DNA of 64,000 nt from an uncultured Eubacteriales bacterium (GTDB taxonomy: Bacteria; Bacillota; Clostridia; Christensenellales; CAG-138), in the NCBI GenBank assembly GCA_900549955.1, contig URQH01000004.1, positions 5,121 through 69,120 of the forward strand, written 5' to 3'. Position 1 is the stretch's first letter; each line of letters begins with the position of its first letter. The notes under the pieces are model-generated. The model saw nothing but the letters and a program-made list of their open reading frames with translations, ran no database searches and was not told the origin of the DNA. The translations under genes were made by a program, and so were the position numbers. Shown in pieces: positions 51,599-58,948 of the stretch.

Positions 51599-53083
51599 AT
51601 GAAAAAGATCGGATTTGACAACGAAAAATACGTTCAAATGCAGTCGGAGAAGATCCGGGAGCGCATATCCCGCTTCGGCGACAAACTGTACCTGGAGTTT
51701 GGCGGCAAATTATTTGACGACTATCATGCAGCGCGCGTGCTGCCCGGTTTTTTGCCGGACAGCAAGATCAACATGCTCCAGACACTCAAAGACGACGCTG
51801 AGATCATACTCGCCATCTATGCCGGCGACATTGAGCACAACAAGGTGCGCAACGATCTGGACATCTCCTATGACGCTGAGATTCTGCGTCTCATCGACGC
51901 GTTTCGTGAAAAGGGGCTGTTGGTGGGAGGCGTGGTCATCACGCGGTATGGCGGGCAATTGGCGGCGGACGTGTTTGCTGAGCGGCTGCGGCAGCTGGGC
52001 ATCCGCGTCTACCTGCATTATCCGATCGCCGGATATCCTGCCAACGTCCCGCTGATCGTCAGCGACGAAGGATTCGGTAAAAATGATTACATCGAGACGA
52101 CGCGTCCGCTGGTGGTGGTCACTGCGCCTGGGCCGGGCAGCGGCAAGCTGGCTGTCTGCCTGTCGCAGCTCTATCATGAACACAAGCATGGGGTAAAGGC
52201 GGGATATGCCAAGTTTGAAACTTTCCCGATCTGGAACCTTCCGCTACAGCATCCGGTCAATCTGGCATATGAAGCTGCGACGACGGATCTGGATGATGTG
52301 AACATGATCGATCCATTCCACCTGGAAGCGTATGGCGTGACTACGGTCAATTACAATCGTGACGTCGAGTCATTTCCGGTACTAAATGCCATTTTTGAGC
52401 GCATTGCCGGCACTTCGCCATATCGATCCCCGACGGACATGGGCGTCAACATGGCCGGGTACTGCATTTTTGACGACGATGCGGTCTGCGCTGCGGCGCG
52501 GCAGGAGATTATCCGCCGGTACTATACCGCGCTTTGCGGCTGCAAGCGCGGCACGCTGCCTGCCGACCAGGAAATCCGTTCCGAATACATCCTCAATCGA
52601 TGCGGGGCAACGCCGGCCGACCGTCCCGTTATCGCACACGCGCTCGAAAAGGCGGAGGAGACGGGGGAGCCGGCCATGGCCATCCAGCTGCCGGACGACC
52701 GGATCGTCACGGGAAAGACGTCGGATCTGCTGGGCGCATCCGCGTCCGCGCTGCTCAATGCGCTCAAAATGCTGGGTGGCATACACGACGCCATCGACCT
52801 GATTTCGCCCATCGTCATTGAGCCGATCCAGCATCTGAAGACGCGGCATCTGGGCAGCCAAAACCCGCGCCTTCACAGCGATGAGATCCTCATTGCACTT
52901 TCCATTTGTGCTGCGACCAACCCGACGGCAGCGCTGGCCCTGCGCCAGCTGGACAAGCTGCGCGGCGCTGAGGCGCACTCCAGCGTGATTTTGTCGCGAG
53001 TGGACAGCGACATGTACCGTAAACTGGGGATCAATTTCACGTGTGAACCGCAATATCAGTCCAAGAACCTGTACCATAAATAA
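51599..53083 (+). CDS. DUF1846 (UPF0371) family protein
   Basis: MKKIGFDNEKYVQMQSEKIRERI...LYLEFGGKLFDDYHAARVLPGF matches the conserved UPF0371 N-terminus. The track start at 51503 is an extension. Confidence 0.85.
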   Translation: MKKIGFDNEKYVQMQSEKIRERISRFGDKLYLEFGGKLFDDYHAARVLPGFLPDSKINMLQTLKDDAEIILAIYAGDIEHNKVRNDLDISYDAEILRLIDAFREKGLLVGGVVITRYGGQLAADVFAERLRQLGIRVYLHYPIAGYPANVPLIVSDEGFGKNDYIETTRPLVVVTAPGPGSGKLAVCLSQLYHEHKHGVKAGYAKFETFPIWNLPLQHPVNLAYEAATTDLDDVNMIDPFHLEAYGVTTVNYNRDVESFPVLNAIFERIAGTSPYRSPTDMGVNMAGYCIFDDDAVCAAARQEIIRRYYTALCGCKRGTLPADQEIRSEYILNRCGATPADRPVIAHALEKAEETGEPAMAIQLPDDRIVTGKTSDLLGASASALLNALKMLGGIHDAIDLISPIVIEPIQHLKTRHLGSQNPRLHSDEILIALSICAATNPTAALALRQLDKLRGAEAHSSVILSRVDSDMYRKLGINFTCEPQYQSKNLYHK

Positions 53084-53142
53084 TTGGACTTGTTGTCTTC
53101 GGCCGGTTTGTGGTACAATAAAATGTCTGTGGAGGTTTTGAC

Positions 53143-54207
53143 ATGAATGAACGGGTGGAGCGCCTTCGTGCGCAGCTGGAGGCTGACGGTATGGATGCCG
53201 TCGTGGTCACCAGCCTGCCCAACATGCGATATCTGTCCGGCTTTACCAGTGCAGACGCGACGCTCTTGATCACCAAACGCTCATGCTGCCTGTTTACGGA
53301 CTTTCGATATACCATTCAGGCGGCGTCCCAGTGCCCGGACTTTGAGGTTCTGGAGCCGGAGTCCGGCAGGTTGATGGCGTGTCTGCGCGATGTGCTTGTG
53401 CATGACGATTGTCATCGCTGTGCATTTGAGCAGGAGACCATGACTGTCCAGCAATATGAGCGCCTGTGCGCTCTGCCGGTGGCGCTTGAGGCCTGGAGCG
53501 AACCGCTGTCGAATTTGCGTCTCAGAAAGTCCGACCTGGAGATAGCAAGCCTGCAGAAGGCGCAGCAGCTCGCCGACCAGTCCTTTGCAGAGCTGCTATC
53601 CAGGATTGGCGCGGGCATGACGGAGCGCGAAGTTGTCGCGGAGCTCAACTATATCGGCGCCAGGCTGGGCAGCGAGGGCCCATCCTTTGACCCCATTGTC
53701 GCCTCCGGTCCGAATGGTGCCATGTGTCATGCCGTCCCGTCGCTGCGCCGCCTGGAGGAAGGCGATCTTGTCGTACTGGACTTTGGGTGTACGGTGGACG
53801 GGTATCACTCGGACATGACCCGTACCTTTGCCGTGGGCAGCGTCAGCGACGCCTGCCGTCGCATCTATGACATCGTGCTGGAAGCGCACGAGCGTGCCCT
53901 GCGCGCGCTCAAGGCCGGTATCACCGGCCGTGCGCTCGATGCAGTTGCGCGGGACTACATTGCAGAGATGGGCTATGGCCCCTGCTTTGGCCACAGCCTG
54001 GGGCACGGGTTCGGGCTGGAAATCCACGAAGGCCCGCGCGCGTCCGTGCGATCCGACACCGTGCTGGAGCCCGGCATGACGATTACCATTGAGCCTGGTA
54101 TTTACGTCGAGGGCCTTTGCGGCGTCCGTATTGAAGATTGCTGTGTGGTAACGCCGGATGGATATCTGGACTTGGTCAGTTCCCCAAAGGAACTGTTGGT
54201 CATTTAA
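53143..54207 (+). CDS. M24 family Xaa-Pro aminopeptidase
   Basis: Creatinase-like N-terminal domain and pita-bread fold metal ligands (DFGCTVDGYHSDMTRT, GHSLGHGFGLEIHE, IEPGIY, RIED). Lies upstream of efp. Confidence 0.9.
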   Translation: MNERVERLRAQLEADGMDAVVVTSLPNMRYLSGFTSADATLLITKRSCCLFTDFRYTIQAASQCPDFEVLEPESGRLMACLRDVLVHDDCHRCAFEQETMTVQQYERLCALPVALEAWSEPLSNLRLRKSDLEIASLQKAQQLADQSFAELLSRIGAGMTEREVVAELNYIGARLGSEGPSFDPIVASGPNGAMCHAVPSLRRLEEGDLVVLDFGCTVDGYHSDMTRTFAVGSVSDACRRIYDIVLEAHERALRALKAGITGRALDAVARDYIAEMGYGPCFGHSLGHGFGLEIHEGPRASVRSDTVLEPGMTITIEPGIYVEGLCGVRIEDCCVVTPDGYLDLVSSPKELLVI

Positions 54208-54251
54208 GATAACTGATAAGCAAACAATACCATTGGGAGGAACAGAACACT

Positions 54252-54809
54252 ATGATCATGGCAGGCGATTTTCGCAAGGGCGTAACCGTTGAGATCGATG
54301 GACAGGTGTGGTCCATTGCGGACTTCCAGCACGTAAAACCCGGAAAGGGCGCTGCGTTTGTGCGCACACGCCTGAAGAACGTAATGACAGGCGCGGTGCT
54401 GGAGCGCACGTTCAGCCCGACGGACAAGTATCCGAAGGCACACATCGAGACCAAGGAAATGCAGTATCTCTACAGTGATGGCGAGTTGTATTACTTCATG
54501 GATATCGAGACCTATGAGCAGATACCGCTCAACCACGATCAGGTGGAGGACGCCATTGACTTTATCGTGGAGAATGAGACCGTCAAGGTCCGCTTTTTCA
54601 AGGGCAACCCGTTCTCGGTGGAGGCTCCCAATTTTGTGGAGCTGACCGTGACGCACACGGAGCCAGGATTTAAGGGCGACACGGCGACCGGAACGACCAA
54701 GCCGGCCGAGCTTGAGACCGGTTATAAGATCAATGTCCCCTTGTTTGTCAATGAAGGCGACCGCATCCGCGTGGATACCCGTACCGGCGAGTACATGGAG
54801 CGCGTCTGA
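54252..54809 (+). CDS. efp: elongation factor P
   Basis: [42 protein letters not shown], 185 aa. Confidence 0.97.
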   Translation: MIMAGDFRKGVTVEIDGQVWSIADFQHVKPGKGAAFVRTRLKNVMTGAVLERTFSPTDKYPKAHIETKEMQYLYSDGELYYFMDIETYEQIPLNHDQVEDAIDFIVENETVKVRFFKGNPFSVEAPNFVELTVTHTEPGFKGDTATGTTKPAELETGYKINVPLFVNEGDRIRVDTRTGEYMERV

Positions 54810-54844
54810 CGCGGTTTAGAGACACAGCAGATTGGAGGAATTGG

Positions 54845-55255
54845 ATGAGCTATATCTCCGAGAAGGTCGCGTATCTGGACGGCCTGGCAGACGGCATTGG
54901 CATTGAAGACGATAAGCAGGGTAAGCTGCTGCGCGGCATCATCGATGCGCTTGGCGCTATCGCCGAAGAGCTCGAAGAACAGAGCGAGGCGTATGACGAT
55001 CTTTCGGATTGCGTCGACGAGATCTATGAAGAGCTCGACGCTATCGACTGCGAGCTGTCTGGCGACGAGGATGAGGAAGACAACGGCTTTATGGAAATCG
55101 TGTGCCCGTCCTGTGGCGAGACCATATACTTTGACGAGGACATGCTCGACTCCGAAGATGGCCTGATCTGCCCCGCATGCAACGAGCCGGTGGACATTCA
55201 AATCAGCTGTGGCGATTGCAACTGCGGCTGTGAGGACGACGACAAAGATAACTGA
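54845..55255 (+). CDS. acidic zinc-ribbon protein (CD1247 N-terminal domain family, function unknown)
   Basis: 136 aa, highly acidic. Has CPSCGE...CPACNE zinc-ribbon pairs and a C-terminal CGDCNCGC. Strong GGAGGA RBS. Confidence 0.75.
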   Translation: MSYISEKVAYLDGLADGIGIEDDKQGKLLRGIIDALGAIAEELEEQSEAYDDLSDCVDEIYEELDAIDCELSGDEDEEDNGFMEIVCPSCGETIYFDEDMLDSEDGLICPACNEPVDIQISCGDCNCGCEDDDKDN

Positions 55256-55276
55256 GCGCGCTGCTGCCAGTATCCC

Positions 55277-55318
55277 GGCGCCTGTTGCAAATTTTACGAC
55301 AGGCGCCCTTTATGTTTG
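55277..55318 (+). terminator. rho-independent terminator after the zinc-ribbon gene
   Basis: GGCGCCTGT / ACAGGCGCC stem with a 13-nt loop, then CTTTATGTTTG. Confidence 0.65.
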
Positions 55319-55395
55319 CCGTTGTCGGTTGCCTTGCTTGCGCCAGGGTAAAATAGTATCGTTCAGATAGGCCGGTGCAGGCAATCAGGTAATCA

Positions 55396-55423
55396 AAAGG
55401 CCACCCATTCATGGGTGGCCTTT
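55396..55423. terminator. second, bidirectional terminator hairpin
   Basis: 12-bp perfect stem AAAGGCCACCCA / TGGGTGGCCTTT with loop TTCA. U-run on the minus strand (TTTTGATT) and a weaker one on the plus strand. Confidence 0.65.
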
Positions 55424-55784
55424 CATATTCCGTCCTTCTGCCTCTGCCTGCGGTGCCCTAAACGCGGACAGAGTGATTATATGATGGTACATATGTAGTT
55501 CGTTACGCGTTTTAAGGAGGAAATCGGTAATGAAAAAACTATGCAGTCGGACGGAAACCGGATAACATCGTTTTTTCTGACTTTAGTATAGCACGCCATG
55601 TGGGGAAACACAAGTAAAATCCCGGGGAAAATTGTGTAAAATTTGTTAATCCGATGTAACAGAATGCGCAAATGGGAGTTACTGTATAAAGGGTGGTTTA
55701 CGCTACCTACTACATTACATCGGCTGACGGTTCATTTGTGGCAAAAGTGATAACCAGCAGAGGGAAAGGAGTCATATATGCAAC

Positions 55785-55816
55785 GGGGCATGGCGCTACG
55801 GGAAGCGCCATGCCCC
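55785..55816. terminator. 12-bp GC-rich hairpin 30 nt downstream of the minus-strand 71-aa gene
   Basis: GGGGCATGGCGC / GCGCCATGCCCC with an 8-nt loop. The plus-strand side is followed by ATCTTATTC; there is no clear U-run on the minus side. Confidence 0.5.
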
Positions 55817-55846
55817 ATCTTATTCGGCCCCCCGACAAATGGGAAG

Positions 55847-56062
55847 TTACTTGTTCCTTTTTGCTTTAGCTGCTTTTATGCCCCAGCCAATCAACAATAT
55901 AAGCCAAGCGCATAATCCTGCGATAAACCCTGTAGTCCCTATGCTTTCAAACTGCAATTTCAGCGCAACATTGAATATTTTTACAACAATAGTTCCACAT
56001 AGCATCAAAGCAAGCAATAAAAGAACTTCCAATCCAATATATTTAAAAATTTTATTTTTCAT
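55847..56062 (-). CDS. 71-aa two-transmembrane small protein with basic C-terminus (function unknown; holin- or toxin-like architecture)
   Basis: GGAGG lies 9 nt upstream of the ATG. Two hydrophobic segments (IGLEVLLLLALMLCGTIVV and GFIAGLCAWLILLIGWGI), then KAAKAKRNK. AT-rich codon usage unlike neighbouring genes. Confidence 0.6.
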   Translation of the reverse strand: MKNKIFKYIGLEVLLLLALMLCGTIVVKIFNVALKLQFESIGTTGFIAGLCAWLILLIGWGIKAAKAKRNK

Positions 56063-56109
56063 AAATGGCCGCCTCCACAGCTTCTAATTTGTTGCCCTGT
56101 TTGTTCTTA

Positions 56110-56139
56110 ATTATAACACATAAAGGAAATCGCTTTCAA
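56110..56139 (-). promoter_or_regulatory. sigma-A type promoter for the 71-aa gene
   Basis: On the minus strand: TTGAAA (56139-56134), 18-nt spacer, consensus TATAAT (56115-56110). Lies ~45 nt upstream of the ATG. Confidence 0.6.
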
Positions 56140-56166
56140 GTTGTCCCTGGCCAGAAAGTAATTATA

Positions 56167-56365
56167 CCTAGGGCGCACTTACTCACCACCCGCAAGCGGG
56201 CGGAGGTACTGCCTGACGGCAGCCGTGCGCTCTCCGAGGGGGACGCTCCAGCGGGCCCACGTCCTGCTGGTAGCACCGAAGCTGGGAGCCGTCAAAGGAC
56301 CGGCTTCGGTGCTACCAGCTTCAGTGCTTTATGGTGGCCAAGAGGGGCTTAAGCCCCTCTCTTTC
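56167..56365 (+). ncRNA. unclassified GC-rich structured element (candidate small RNA; strand tentative)
   Basis: A GC-rich ~200 nt block inside AT-rich flanks. Has a perfect 17-bp hairpin (56266-56282 / 56303-56319), several 4-6 bp hairpins, and a terminal 8-bp hairpin (56341-56360) followed by CTTTCAAAAT. No convincing ORF or RBS. Confidence 0.3.
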
Positions 56366-56469
56366 AAAATGTGTGCTTTTCTGGGGGAAAAACCCTTGAC
56401 AAATCGCTTACTGGGAGAAAATGCACATATGTGGCAAAATAGGCCCGAATCGCATGACGATCGGTCAAG

Positions 56470-57351
56470 CTACCTGGCTGCGTGTAGAAAATCCGGCGTA
56501 TATGTGAGAGACGCGCTTTCCTTATCCTGACACCAGACATTGGAGAATCCAAGCGAGAGGCAATACTCTATCACGCGTTGATATTCGCGGCTGGTCAGCC
56601 TGCGATTGAGCGGCGGAGCGGTGACGTTTGGCGTTGGGGCGTATTGCCGCATGAGGGAAAGGTGCGTTGTAAGCGGCAGATGTTCCGCGATAAAGTCGAG
56701 CACGCGACGCGCCTCGTCCACGCAAGCCGGGAGCACGAGGTGACGGATCAGCAGGCCGCGCTCGGCAATGCCGTCTGACCCGACTTGCAGGACGCCCACC
56801 TGTCTGTGCATTTCCAAAATGGCTTTGGCGGCAAACGAAAAATAATCCGCCCGGCCAGAAAAGCGCAGTGCCAATGCTCCTGTTACGTACTTGAGGTCGG
56901 GCAGGTAGATATCGACAAGTCCTTCCAGTGCGAGCAGGGAAGACGTCAGATCGTAGGCATTTGTATTGTAAACGACTGGAATGGTCAGACCGCGTTGTTT
57001 TGCCTGGCGCAGAGACTGCCGTATGGCTGCAAGGTGTGGCGTCGGCGTTACAAGATTGATGTTATGCGCCCCTTGAGCCTGTAATGACAGATAGAGGTCG
57101 GACAGCATTTCCGGCGTTTGTTCCTGTCCCAGCGTACCATCGTGTAGCACGTGGTTTTGACAGAACACGCAATCCAGGTTGCAGCCGGAAAAAAAGACTG
57201 CGCCGGACCCGCGCGTGCCGCTGATACATGGCTCTTCCCAGTGGTGCAGCGCGGCGCGCGCAACGCGGGGAAACTTCCCCGCGTTGCAATCTCCGGTATG
57301 CAATTGGCGGTTCGCGCCACAGCGGCGCGGGCAGCTATAACAGGCTGCCAT
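56470..57351 (-). CDS. PflX-type radical SAM protein (COG1313-like, pyruvate formate-lyase activase homologue of unknown substrate)
   Basis: CYSCPRRCGANR...HHWEEPCISGTRGSGAVFFSGCNLDCVFCQN (CxxxCxxC). The ATG at 57351 shares one base with the upstream stop (TAATG). The track ORF's first 71 aa are an extension into the upstream gene. Confidence 0.85.
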   Translation of the reverse strand: MAACYSCPRRCGANRQLHTGDCNAGKFPRVARAALHHWEEPCISGTRGSGAVFFSGCNLDCVFCQNHVLHDGTLGQEQTPEMLSDLYLSLQAQGAHNINLVTPTPHLAAIRQSLRQAKQRGLTIPVVYNTNAYDLTSSLLALEGLVDIYLPDLKYVTGALALRFSGRADYFSFAAKAILEMHRQVGVLQVGSDGIAERGLLIRHLVLPACVDEARRVLDFIAEHLPLTTHLSLMRQYAPTPNVTAPPLNRRLTSREYQRVIEYCLSLGFSNVWCQDKESASLTYTPDFLHAAR

Positions 57352-58769
57352 TAGAACACGCGCCTTGCGCAGACAAAGTTGCGCGTCCAGTAGCTCGTCG
57401 TGCAGGAGCGCTTCACGACCTTGCCGTTGTTTGAAGATGCGTCGATCATCGTGTTGCCGCCAATGTAAATGCCGGTGTGCGTGACGACGCCGCCGGCATC
57501 GTCGTCCGTAAAGAACAACAGGTCGCCACGCTTGAGGTCGCTCATGCTCGAAATCAACGTCCACTTATCGACTCTGGCAAAGCTCTTGGCGCTGTAGCGT
57601 GTGGTCTTGACGCCGGCCTTGGTCAGGCAATAGTATACCAGGCCGGAACAGTCAAATGTATTCGGGCCTTCATCGCCGAGCACATACCGCTTCCCAAGCT
57701 GTGCCTCTGCACATTCGATCATTGCGTTGACGCCGGAACCGTAGGATTCATCTCCACCGCTGGAGGGCGGGTCCGTGGGCGCCGGTGTGGCAGGTTCGGG
57801 CTGCGAGGGGTCGATCGGCACCGGCGTATCGTCAGCACCGTCGGGCACATCGATCTCCGGCAGATCGTCGTCCGGCACAGGAGTAGATTGAGAGGGTTTT
57901 TGCGTGGCGGTAGTGGGTTTCTGGGTGGCCGTCGGTTTCTTTGTCGTGGTTGGCTTGCTGGTTGCCGCGGGCTTCGGCGTTGCCGGTTTTGGCGTGGGCG
58001 TCGGGTCCACGGCCGGTTTGGCATCCGGAGAATAGAGCAGGTCCCGGTCGTCGGTGTTGAAGACACCGTCGACATCCATGCCGTTTTTTTGCTGGAATGC
58101 TTTCAGCGCTTCTTCCGTCGCCACGCCGAAGTATCCGTTGACCTTGTCCGTATAATATCCGAGTTCTGCAAGGAGCGATTGCATGCCGCGCACATCAGAC
58201 CCGTTGTCGCCGAGTTTCATCTCGTAGGAGGCGGCATCATCGCTAAAGAGCTGTTCCTGCAGCGCGCTGTCGGCCACGCCGGTCATTTCCAAGTCGAGCG
58301 TGCGCTGAAACAGCGCCACGGCAGCCGCAGTCGCTTCGTTATAGGTTTCGCTGGGCTCATCGGATTCCAGGTATCCCAGCTCCACCAGGCGGGAATGCAG
58401 TTGTTCCACCGCTGGATAGACATCGTTGAGCTGTAGTGTGGAATACTGAGAAACGTGTACCTCAGCGGATGGAGTGGGGGTGGGGCCAGCCGCTTCCGGG
58501 GATGGGTCTCCAACGACAGGCTCGTGAGCCATGGACGGTTCCGGCGTTTGCGCGATGTCGTCCTCTAAGGCACGGAACGAAGCGGCTTCCTGTGTATTCG
58601 CAGAGCTCAACCGGTCCAGTCCGAGCGGCAGGAGCACAAAGCAGATCAGGGCAATGGAGCAGGCAGCCACGATCCAGGTACGCGCGCGCTTGGAAAACAG
58701 CGCCACGTTGGAAATTTGCCGGACGGATCCATGCTCCACCTGCAACTCCTTCTTCTTTTTCGATGGCAT
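57351..58769 (-). CDS. membrane-anchored NlpC/P60 peptidoglycan hydrolase with two PG-binding domains
   Basis: N-terminal TM; two PG_binding_1-like repeats (VEQLHSRLVELGYL, VRGMQSLLAELGYYTDKVNGYFG); a Pro/Thr/Lys linker; and a C-terminal NlpC/P60 domain (FDCSGLVYYC...HTGIYIG). AGGAGG RBS. Confidence 0.9.
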   Translation of the reverse strand: MPSKKKKELQVEHGSVRQISNVALFSKRARTWIVAACSIALICFVLLPLGLDRLSSANTQEAASFRALEDDIAQTPEPSMAHEPVVGDPSPEAAGPTPTPSAEVHVSQYSTLQLNDVYPAVEQLHSRLVELGYLESDEPSETYNEATAAAVALFQRTLDLEMTGVADSALQEQLFSDDAASYEMKLGDNGSDVRGMQSLLAELGYYTDKVNGYFGVATEEALKAFQQKNGMDVDGVFNTDDRDLLYSPDAKPAVDPTPTPKPATPKPAATSKPTTTKKPTATQKPTTATQKPSQSTPVPDDDLPEIDVPDGADDTPVPIDPSQPEPATPAPTDPPSSGGDESYGSGVNAMIECAEAQLGKRYVLGDEGPNTFDCSGLVYYCLTKAGVKTTRYSAKSFARVDKWTLISSMSDLKRGDLLFFTDDDAGGVVTHTGIYIGGNTMIDASSNNGKVVKRSCTTSYWTRNFVCARRVF

Positions 58770-58895
58770 TATGCAACCTCCTTTTTCGTTTCACCTTCCA
58801 GTTTCTACTGGTAACAGTATACACGACAAAAGGGACGATGAGTTTGAACATTTTGCGAATTCCCGTAAGCGGTAAGTGGCCAAAAGACGGTACGT

Positions 58896-58924
58896 TTTGC
58901 AATTTGGACATGGTCGTGATAAAA
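58896..58924 (+). promoter_or_regulatory. sigma-A type promoter for the ABC-F gene
   Basis: TTGCAA, 17-nt spacer, TAAAAT. Lies ~25 nt upstream of the ATG. Confidence 0.6.
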
Positions 58925-58948
58925 TGATAGCCATGGAGATTTGGATAT

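Noticed and set aside
55477-55671. A 64-aa minus-strand ORF in the AT-rich island.
   Set aside because: It has a TTG start with no Shine-Dalgarno, no recognisable domain, and composition consistent with random AT-rich sequence.
55778-55915. A 45-codon plus-strand ORF (MQRGMALREAPCPILFGPPTNGKLLVPFCFSCFYAPANQQYKPSA) with an AGGAG RBS and three Cys, considered as a RiPP precursor for the nearby radical SAM enzyme.
   Set aside because: Its 5' part is the 12-bp hairpin that most likely terminates the opposite-strand gene. Its 3' 69 nt run antisense through the supported 71-aa gene. The radical SAM protein is PflX-type and shows no SPASM/twitch Cys cluster or RiPP recognition element that I can see. 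Ribosome profiling would be needed to revive this idea.
56266-56319. The perfect 17-bp hairpin, considered as a retron msd, an IS200/IS605 subterminal hairpin, or an omega-RNA/TnpB-associated structure.
   Set aside because: No reverse transcriptase, TnpA/TnpB/IscB or any transposase-like ORF exists within several kb on either strand. It is kept only as part of the unclassified element.
56395-56422. A plus-strand TTGACA-16-GAAAAT promoter-like sequence pointing antisense into the 3' end of the radical SAM gene.
   Set aside because: The -10 element is weak and there is no supporting structure or terminator for an antisense RNA. This may be a chance match in AT-rich DNA.
56065-56530. Plus-strand ORFs of 95 aa (56065-56352) and 101 aa (56225-56530) spanning the structured element.
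   Set aside because: There is no RBS. The translations are Arg/Gly/Ala/Pro-rich and run through perfect hairpins. A non-coding structured element explains the region better.
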